A DNA stretch of 64,000 nucleotides, taken from an uncultured Candidatus Saccharibacteria bacterium (GTDB lineage: Bacteria > Patescibacteriota > Minisyncoccia > UBA6257). Position 1 is the first letter of the stretch; every line of letters begins with the position of its first letter. The position numbers and the translations under genes are program-made. The notes beneath the pieces are model-generated. The model had not been told where the DNA came from and made no database searches. It was given only the letters and a program-made list of their open reading frames with translations. Positions 57,653 through 64,000 of this stretch are shown here, one piece after another. The stretch lies in assembly GCA_964479005.1 (NCBI GenBank), contig CAYZJA010000001.1, positions 64,001-128,000 of the forward strand, written 5' to 3'.

Positions 57653-59344
57653 ATGATGAAAAATAAAAAAGTTCTGTTTATTTTTATATTAAGCTTATCA
57701 CTTGTAGGTTTAATTTTTTTTGCCGGGCAGAAAATAGTTAAATATAACAATACCAGTAAACAAATTATCAGTTTTTTAAGAGAAAATAATCTAGAAAAAG
57801 CAGTTAATTTAATTAACAATAAACCAGTTCTTAATGAAAACTTTTCTTTTTTGCCTGTAATTGGGCAGGGGATTGAATTAAGACGATGCTTAGAAAGGAT
57901 TGATAATAATTTAAAAGAAATAAATAGCGGATTTTTACTTGCTTCAATGTTCCAACAAGATAAAGATTCATTGTTTTTTCTGCAAGGAATCTATAAAGAT
58001 TTAGATTATTTGAATAGATACAATATAGATTATATAAACAACCAAAAACACTATTTAGAAAATTGGCTTTTGTTTTTTGGAGATAATAAGCCAAAGAATT
58101 ATCTTGTTTTATTTCAGGAAACAGCGATACCAAGGCCTACAGGTGGTTTCATTGGGGCTTATGTGATTTTATCTTTTAATGAAGGAAAGATAGAATTTTC
58201 AGGAAATAATATTTTTGCTTTGGAGGAAACTTTTTTAGAGAAGATTATTCCGCCTGACCCCTTGCAATCTATTAGTGATAAATGGTTTTTTCATGACAGC
58301 AATTGGTTTTTTGATTATCCTTCCAGCGGACAAAAAATATTAAATTTTTATTCAAATACAGGAAATAAGCCCTTATTGGACGGAGTGATAGTTGTTAATT
58401 CTTCTGTCTTAAACAATCTTTTAGAAGTTATTGGACCAATAAGAGTTGATAATTACGATTCAATTATTGATCAAAGTAATTTTTATTCTTTTTTTAAAGA
58501 CCAAATTCAAGAAGGAGCTAAACCTGCTCCTATGCGCGAACAATCGGAGTTTTTTTCAGTATTTTTTCAAGCTTTGCAAACAAAATTGAGAAAGGTTTCT
58601 CCTCAAGTGCTTTCCCAGATTCCAGATATTTTAACAAATAATTTTACAAAAAAGGAGATTCAACTTTATGTTATTGATGACAAATTGGAATATTTTTTCG
58701 ATTCTTTAAATTGGACGGGGAAAATAGAAGAAAGCAAAGATGATTACCTGGGAGTTTCTTTTAATCTTCTTAATCAGAATTTTTCTGAGGATATAAGAGG
58801 CAAAACAATAGAGTTAAAAACCGAGTTTGTTTCTAATGGGCAAATAATAAATACTTTAATAATCGATGTTCCTTCCCATTATTCTATGGATAGAACTCAG
58901 GAAACTTATCTAAAAATTTATCTTCCTAAAGGAATAATAATTGAAAAGGCAGAAAACGGTTATTTAAAAAATAATAAAGATATTTCCTCGTATTATAAAA
59001 AATTAGGATACAAAGAGGACGATGATTTGTTTTTAATAGAGAAAACGAAAATAAGAAATGATAGTCTCGGAATTGAAATTTATGAGGAAGGAGGAAAAAC
59101 AGTGGTTGGTACTTGGACAAAATTATCAATAAAACCTTTTAGGCTGGTTTATAAATTGCCTTTTGATTGGACTGATTTTTCGTCATGGGAATTAAAAATC
59201 CAAAAACAAAGTGGGCAGAATGTAAAATTTTCTTATCAATTTGCTATGCCTGATAATGTGAAAATTATTCCCACCCTTTTCCCTTTTAATAAATTTGTTT
59301 CATTGGAAAAAGATATGGTTCTTGAATTTGAAAGAGAATATTAA
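57653..59344 (+). CDS. DUF4012 domain membrane-anchored protein
   Basis: NYLVLFQETAIPRPTGGFIGAY matches the DUF4012 signature. N-terminal TM. Confidence 0.6.
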   Translation: MMKNKKVLFIFILSLSLVGLIFFAGQKIVKYNNTSKQIISFLRENNLEKAVNLINNKPVLNENFSFLPVIGQGIELRRCLERIDNNLKEINSGFLLASMFQQDKDSLFFLQGIYKDLDYLNRYNIDYINNQKHYLENWLLFFGDNKPKNYLVLFQETAIPRPTGGFIGAYVILSFNEGKIEFSGNNIFALEETFLEKIIPPDPLQSISDKWFFHDSNWFFDYPSSGQKILNFYSNTGNKPLLDGVIVVNSSVLNNLLEVIGPIRVDNYDSIIDQSNFYSFFKDQIQEGAKPAPMREQSEFFSVFFQALQTKLRKVSPQVLSQIPDILTNNFTKKEIQLYVIDDKLEYFFDSLNWTGKIEESKDDYLGVSFNLLNQNFSEDIRGKTIELKTEFVSNGQIINTLIIDVPSHYSMDRTQETYLKIYLPKGIIIEKAENGYLKNNKDISSYYKKLGYKEDDDLFLIEKTKIRNDSLGIEIYEEGGKTVVGTWTKLSIKPFRLVYKLPFDWTDFSSWELKIQKQSGQNVKFSYQFAMPDNVKIIPTLFPFNKFVSLEKDMVLEFEREY

Positions 59345-59355
59345 TTAAATTTACA

Positions 59356-60951
59356 ATGGCTAGTTTTAGAAAAATATTAAACCATAAATCTGAAACAATT
59401 TTTGGTGCTGCAATGCTAATGAGCAGTTTGACATTGTTTGGCGCTTTTTTGGGTATTTTGAGAAACGCACTTTTGGCTAGCCGCTTTGGAGCTTCTGGAA
59501 ATTTAGATATCTATTATGCTTCTTTCCGTTTGCCTGATATGATCTATAATATTTTTATTATGGGCGCTATTTCTGCTGCTTTCATTCCTGTTTTTAGCCA
59601 GTACTGGGCAAAAGATGAAAAAAAAGCATGGCAATTTTCTAATGCCATCCTTTTAATTATTGGTTCTTTTGTTGGGACATTAGCTCTATTAGTCGCGATA
59701 TTTACAAAGCCTCTTTTATCCCGCCTTTTAGTGGGCTTTAGTCCTGATCAATTAGCAATAGCTGTTACCTTGACAAGAATTATGATGATTCAGCCTATCT
59801 TAATGGGAATTTCTTCTGTTGCTGCGAGTATTTTAAAAATATTTAAATTATTTTTAGCCAGCGCCTTGGCGCCCTTAGTTTATAATTTAGGAATAATAAT
59901 CGGCATTCTTTTTTTAGTTCCATCAATGGGCTTAAAAGGATTAGCATGGGGAGTGGTTTTAGGGGCTTTATTGCATGTTTTAGTCCAAATTCCAGTCCTT
60001 TTTGGAACAGGTTATAAATTTACTTTTAATTTCTCTATTTTTAGGGAGTTAGATAATGGTCTAAAAAAAGTGGTTTTAATGATGGTTCCTCGTTCCTTAG
60101 GGATTATTGCTTATCAGGTTTTTCTTTTGGGTATTACTGCCATAGCCAGTATGTTAAGAGAGGGAAGTATTGCTGTATTTAATTTTGCTAACGATATTCA
60201 GAATTTGCCTCAAACAGTTTTTGCATTGTCTTTTGCTGTTGCCGCTTTTCCAAGTTTATCAAAGTTAAACGTTGAAAAAAGATATAAAGATTTTGTTAAA
60301 ACTTCTTTTGATACTCTTCTACAAATTTTCTTTTTCCTTATCCCTATAGCTGTTTGGTTTTTCATTTTCCGCGAACCTATTATTCGATTTTTATTGGGGT
60401 ATGGAAAATTTGATTGGACTTCTACGGTGAAAACGATACAAGTTTTTTCGGTTCTTTCTTTTGGAATGATTTTTCAAGGTGTTAACGCTTTTCTCTTGAG
60501 AGTATTTTTTGCAAAAGGAGATGCTTTAAAGCCATTTATTGCCAGTGTGATTTCTTATTCAACAGGATTCTTTTTGTGCTATAAATTAGGAATATCTTTT
60601 GGAGTAGTTGGTCTAGCCATTGCAGTAGCAATTACCTATCTTTTTTATTTTCTTATTCTTTTTCTTTTATTAAAAGCATATGTTCCTATTTCTTTATTGA
60701 AAAAGTTTTATTATTCTTTAGGGAAAATAACCATTGTTTCTCTATCAAGCGGAATAGTGGCTTATTTATTCTTTGCTTTTCTTAAGGGAATCTTTTCTAT
60801 AGATAAAGTAATCAATTTGGCATTGTGCGCTTGCGTCGCTTTTATAATTTCTTTTGCCGTGTTTGTAGTTCTTTGTAATTGGTTTAAGATTAAAGAAATA
60901 GATGAATTAAAAAGAGTTGTTCTTCAAAAAATATATGGAGCAAAAGAATAA
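59356..60951 (+). CDS. murJ: lipid II flippase MurJ
   Basis: 14-TM MOP/MVF family. The N-terminus LGILRNALLASRFGASGNLDIYYASFRLPD is typical of MurJ. Confidence 0.85.
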   Translation: MASFRKILNHKSETIFGAAMLMSSLTLFGAFLGILRNALLASRFGASGNLDIYYASFRLPDMIYNIFIMGAISAAFIPVFSQYWAKDEKKAWQFSNAILLIIGSFVGTLALLVAIFTKPLLSRLLVGFSPDQLAIAVTLTRIMMIQPILMGISSVAASILKIFKLFLASALAPLVYNLGIIIGILFLVPSMGLKGLAWGVVLGALLHVLVQIPVLFGTGYKFTFNFSIFRELDNGLKKVVLMMVPRSLGIIAYQVFLLGITAIASMLREGSIAVFNFANDIQNLPQTVFALSFAVAAFPSLSKLNVEKRYKDFVKTSFDTLLQIFFFLIPIAVWFFIFREPIIRFLLGYGKFDWTSTVKTIQVFSVLSFGMIFQGVNAFLLRVFFAKGDALKPFIASVISYSTGFFLCYKLGISFGVVGLAIAVAITYLFYFLILFLLLKAYVPISLLKKFYYSLGKITIVSLSSGIVAYLFFAFLKGIFSIDKVINLALCACVAFIISFAVFVVLCNWFKIKEIDELKRVVLQKIYGAKE

Positions 60952-62722
60952 GAATATTAGAAATTTTGTTATAATTGCGCATATAGATCATGGTAAGTCT
61001 ACTTTGGCTGATAGATTTTTGGAAATAACAAATACTATTTCCCAGAATAAACTAACACCACAATACTTGGATGGGATGGCTTTAGAAAAAGAACACGGGA
61101 TTACTATTAAAATGCATCCTGTTCAGATGAATTATAATGGTTTTATTTTAAATCTTATCGATACTCCCGGTCATGTAGATTTTACTTATGAAGTTTCCCG
61201 CGCTTTAGCTGCTGTAGAAGGGGCTATATTATTAGTTGATGGTATTCAAGGGATTCAAGCGCAGACACTTTCTAATCTCCAATTAGCTAAGGAGCAAAAA
61301 TTGAAAATTATTGGCGCTATTAATAAGATTGATTTAGATATTCATGATTTAGAAAACAGGAAAAAAGAACTAGCAGATTTATTAAATATAACAAGTGATG
61401 ATATTATTCTTGTTTCTGCTAAGACAGGTGAAAATGTGGATTTATTATTGAAAAAAATCATTTCTGAGATTCCTGAACCAGTTATTAATGAAAAATTACC
61501 TTTTCGCGCTTTAATTTTTGATTCCCATTATGATTATTATAAAGGAGTAATAGCTTATGTTCGCGTTGTAGAAGGTGAAATTAAAAAAAGGGAAAAGATT
61601 ATTTTTGCTGCAAGTAAAACAAAAGGTGATATTGTAGATTTGGGTTATTTTGCTCCAGAATTAAGACCAAAGGAAAGCTTGAAATCTGGAGAAATAGGAT
61701 GGATAGCCACTGGTTTAAAAAATCCAGGATTAGTGAGAGTGGGTGATACAATAACCAAAAAACTGCCAATAGAGATTTTGCCAGGATATAAAGAACCAAA
61801 ACCAATGGTATTTGCCGGTTTCTATTTGGCTAAAGGTGGTCAGGATTTTGAGAATTTTCGTTATTCTTTATCCCAATTAAAATTAAATGATTCTGCTATC
61901 TATTTTATTCCCGAAAATTCGGAAGTATTGGGAAGAGGTTATCGTTTAGGATTTTTAGGAATGTTGCACTTAAAAATTACACAAGAGCGGCTTAAAGATG
62001 AATATGGGTTAGATTTGATTATTACTCATCCCACTGTACCGTACAAAGTTTTGTTAAAAGGCGATAAGGCGCCAAAGATTATTACTAATCCAAGTAAATG
62101 GCCACTTTCAGATGAAATTCTTTATTGTGAAGAACCTTGGGCAAAAATGGAAATTATCACACCTTTAGAATATTTATCAGTAATTTTGAAACTTATTAAC
62201 GACTCTCGTGGTCAGGATATAAATACGCTTAGTCTTTCAGATAGGCTGATAATTACTTGCCAGATTCCTTTAGAAGAGGTCATCAAAGATTTTTATGATA
62301 ATTTAAAATCTATCTCTTCGGGATATGCTTCTTTAAATTATGAAATATCTGGATATAAAAAGACTCAATTAGAAAAATTGGAAGTAATTTTAGCGGGAAA
62401 AACATTCCAAAGTTTGTCTAGAATAATTTTTGAAAAAAAGGCAGAAAAGGAAGCTAGGAGTTTGGCCTTAAAACTTAAAAAGATTCTATTACGCCAGAAT
62501 TATCCAGTTTCTATTCAGGTAAGAGCGTTTGGGAGAATTGTTGCCAGGGAAACTTTATCAGCGTTAAAAAAGGATGTGACGGCAGGCCTTTATGGAGGCG
62601 ATAGAACAAGAAAGATAAAAGTTTTGAAAAGACAACAAAAAGGAAAAAAAAGATTGTTGGATAAAGCTAATCTTCAGGTTCCCCCAGAAGTTTTTCTTAA
62701 GATTTTTTCTAAATCCGATTAA
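60935..62722 (+). CDS. lepA: elongation factor 4 (LepA)
   Basis: IRNFVIIAHIDHGKSTLADR, DTPGHVDF, and the LepA C-terminal domain. The start could also be 60917. Confidence 0.9.
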   Translation: MEQKNKNIRNFVIIAHIDHGKSTLADRFLEITNTISQNKLTPQYLDGMALEKEHGITIKMHPVQMNYNGFILNLIDTPGHVDFTYEVSRALAAVEGAILLVDGIQGIQAQTLSNLQLAKEQKLKIIGAINKIDLDIHDLENRKKELADLLNITSDDIILVSAKTGENVDLLLKKIISEIPEPVINEKLPFRALIFDSHYDYYKGVIAYVRVVEGEIKKREKIIFAASKTKGDIVDLGYFAPELRPKESLKSGEIGWIATGLKNPGLVRVGDTITKKLPIEILPGYKEPKPMVFAGFYLAKGGQDFENFRYSLSQLKLNDSAIYFIPENSEVLGRGYRLGFLGMLHLKITQERLKDEYGLDLIITHPTVPYKVLLKGDKAPKIITNPSKWPLSDEILYCEEPWAKMEIITPLEYLSVILKLINDSRGQDINTLSLSDRLIITCQIPLEEVIKDFYDNLKSISSGYASLNYEISGYKKTQLEKLEVILAGKTFQSLSRIIFEKKAEKEARSLALKLKKILLRQNYPVSIQVRAFGRIVARETLSALKKDVTAGLYGGDRTRKIKVLKRQQKGKKRLLDKANLQVPPEVFLKIFSKSD

Positions 62723-62731
62723 AATTAAAAT

Positions 62732-63124
62732 ATGAAAAAATTATTATTGATTATAATTAGTTTAGCTCTTATTCTTCTCTTTTCATCAAGGATTAGGGAG
62801 GATTTGCAGACATATCGATTATTAACTGATGAAGTAAAAAGCCTAGAGCAAACAAAAGGCAATATTGAAAAAGAGAGGGAAAAGACTGAGCAACTTTTGG
62901 AAAAGGAAAAGCAAGAAGAGACACTTGAGCAGGCAGCGCGTTTAATGTTAGGACTTAAAAAAAGCGGGGAAGAAGTTATAATGATTTTACCTCCTAAAAA
63001 TTCTTCTGATTCCGAACTTCAAATTAGTACTTCTTCTGATGTTTTACCTGAAAAATCTTTTAATTCCTTTTTTTCCAAAATTTCTCAAATTTGGTATAAT
63101 TTAATAAGAAAATTAAAAAAATAG
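62732..63124 (+). CDS. FtsB/DivIC-like septum-formation initiator family protein
   Basis: N-terminal TM, coiled coil, and LEQAARLMLGLKKSGEEVIMI, which matches the DivIC/FtsB C-terminal motif. Confidence 0.5.
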   Translation: MKKLLLIIISLALILLFSSRIREDLQTYRLLTDEVKSLEQTKGNIEKEREKTEQLLEKEKQEETLEQAARLMLGLKKSGEEVIMILPPKNSSDSELQISTSSDVLPEKSFNSFFSKISQIWYNLIRKLKK

Positions 63125-63129
63125 ACGTT

Positions 63130-63336
63130 GCGGGCATCGTATAGTGGCAGTACGTAACCTTCCCAAGCCCCCACACCAAACGAGTATCATTGCGAGATTA
63201 GTATAGTGGTAGTACATCACCTTCCCAAGGTGAAGGTGCCGGTCCGATTCCGGTATCTCGCTCCGTTTAAAATTTAAAATACTCGTTGTGGTGTGGGGGC
63301 AAGGTTAAAGTGTGGGTTCGATTCCCATTGTCCGCT
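63130..63336 (+). tRNA. tRNA-Gly(CCC) interrupted by a ~136-nt intervening sequence at the 37/38 position
   Basis: 5' part 63130-63165 (GCGGGCA acceptor, D-arm GTAT/AGTGGCA/GTAC, anticodon stem TAACC, loop TTCCCAA). 3' part 63302-63336 (GGTTA, T-arm GTGGG-TTCGATT-CCCAT, acceptor TGTCCGC). The ends of the intervening sequence form a ~20-bp helix (CCCCCACACCAAACGAGTAT / ATACTCGTTGTGGTGTGGGGG). Confidence 0.5.
63192..63264 (+). tRNA. tRNA-Gly(CCC), complete, lying inside the intervening sequence of the outer tRNA
   Basis: Acceptor GCGAGAT/ATCTCGC. D-arm GTAT-AGTGGTA-GTAC. Anticodon stem TCACC/GGTGA with loop TTCCCAA. T-arm GCCGG-TCCGATT-CCGGT. Confidence 0.7.
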
Positions 63337-63419
63337 CAAATTATTTTTTCGTTACTATCCAAAAAGATTGACGAAGTTTCAAGTGCAATATGGTTTTGTA
63401 TAATCTTTTTACATTGCTC

Positions 63420-63448
63420 TTGACAAATAGTTTTACATCGCATATACT
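63420..63448 (+). promoter_or_regulatory. sigma70-like promoter (TTGACA - 17 nt - TATACT)
   Basis: Near-consensus hexamers with a 17-nt spacer, about 40 nt upstream of the ATG at 63490. Confidence 0.45.
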
Positions 63449-63489
63449 GGAGTTAGGTCGTAATAATTAACTATTTCATCACCAAAGCT

Positions 63490-63777
63490 ATGGCTACAAA
63501 AAAATTTAGTCCAACAAGAACAATAACGCAAAAAAACCTCGAAAATGTACCTGGCGACAAGCCAGGTGTCTATCGCATCAAAAACGCGTCAAATGATATT
63601 CTTTACATAGGTAAAGCAAAAGGAGGTAGATTAGATGACAGAATCGCTGAACATAAAGGACAATTCCAAGGTGGAACGAAATTCCAGTATAGATTAACTC
63701 ACAGCAAAGATGCCGCCGAGCGATTAGAGCGTAAAGAAATTCGTGAATGGAAACCGCCTAGAAATAAAGATAAATAA
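63490..63777 (+). CDS. small stand-alone GIY-YIG nuclease domain protein
   Basis: PGVYRIKNASNDILYIGKAKGG.L..R...H. Confidence 0.6.
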   Translation: MATKKFSPTRTITQKNLENVPGDKPGVYRIKNASNDILYIGKAKGGRLDDRIAEHKGQFQGGTKFQYRLTHSKDAAERLERKEIREWKPPRNKDK

Positions 63778-63780
63778 TTT

Positions 63781-64000
63781 ATGCCCTCTTCGTTAAAAAC
63801 ATACGCGAGCATAGAAGACATCAATAGAATTTATATGAGGGCTAATGCGCATAGTCTTACCGAAAGAATTAATAAGGATAGTGGTCTTGAACAAGATGTT
63901 TTATACATAGAAGCCTTTTTATTGCAAGCAACGTTATTGGAAGGCGTTCTTGTTAATCTTGGTCTAAGATTATTAGAAAGCAAAAAAGAATTAACTGGGC
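63781..64000 (+). CDS. hypothetical protein, 3' end cut by window edge; paralogue of the HEPN-like protein at 11906
   Basis: FLLQATLLEGVLVNLGLRLLESKK resembles FVLQMLFLEGTLVFIVKNLLNQKR from 11906-12358. Confidence 0.3.
   Translation, partial: MPSSLKTYASIEDINRIYMRANAHSLTERINKDSGLEQDVLYIEAFLLQATLLEGVLVNLGLRLLESKKELTG

Noticed and set aside
63376-63405. Second possible promoter with an extended -10 (TGTATAAT) upstream of the TTGACA-17-TATACT promoter
   Set aside because: No convincing -35 at the right spacing. It is kept only as a note; the downstream promoter has near-consensus hexamers.

Overview
AT-rich bacterial window with no Shine-Dalgarno on most genes, K/E-rich extensions on ribosomal proteins and no L30 between S5 and L15, consistent with a CPR/Patescibacteria-like genome. 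Positions 1-27000 form an accessory island of mostly single-gene modules on the + strand. Nineteen of these genes or sites are preceded by one conserved ~30-nt motif (AAAAGGTCAAAAATTAATTGAAAAATAAAA) a few nt before the ATG. The island is rich in nucleases and defence-type domains. The most striking module is a translationally coupled pair: a GHKL-ATPase/HEPN-like protein and a B12-binding-type radical SAM enzyme (3972-6940). A second module pairs a HEPN-like protein, a ClpP-like peptidase and a membrane-anchored serpin (11906-14259). Positions 27000-64000 are housekeeping: a Ca/cation antiporter, HD hydrolase, rsmI, prs plus an archaeal/CPR-type AMP phosphorylase, an M50 protease, the contiguous str-S10-spc ribosomal cluster (rpsL to map), tpiA, pgk, a DHH phosphoesterase, rnhA, an RNase P RNA on the minus strand, a DUF4012 protein, murJ, lepA and an ftsB-like gene. 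Two unusual things sit in this part. A short MITE-like repeat lies as a tandem array between rpmC and rpsQ, with an inverted in-frame copy inside rplR. At 63130-63336 a tRNA-Gly gene has its anticodon loop interrupted by ~136 nt that contain a second complete tRNA-Gly flanked by a ~20-bp helix. A small GIY-YIG gene and a HEPN-like paralogue follow the tRNAs. No rRNA, CRISPR array, transposase or integrase was recognised.
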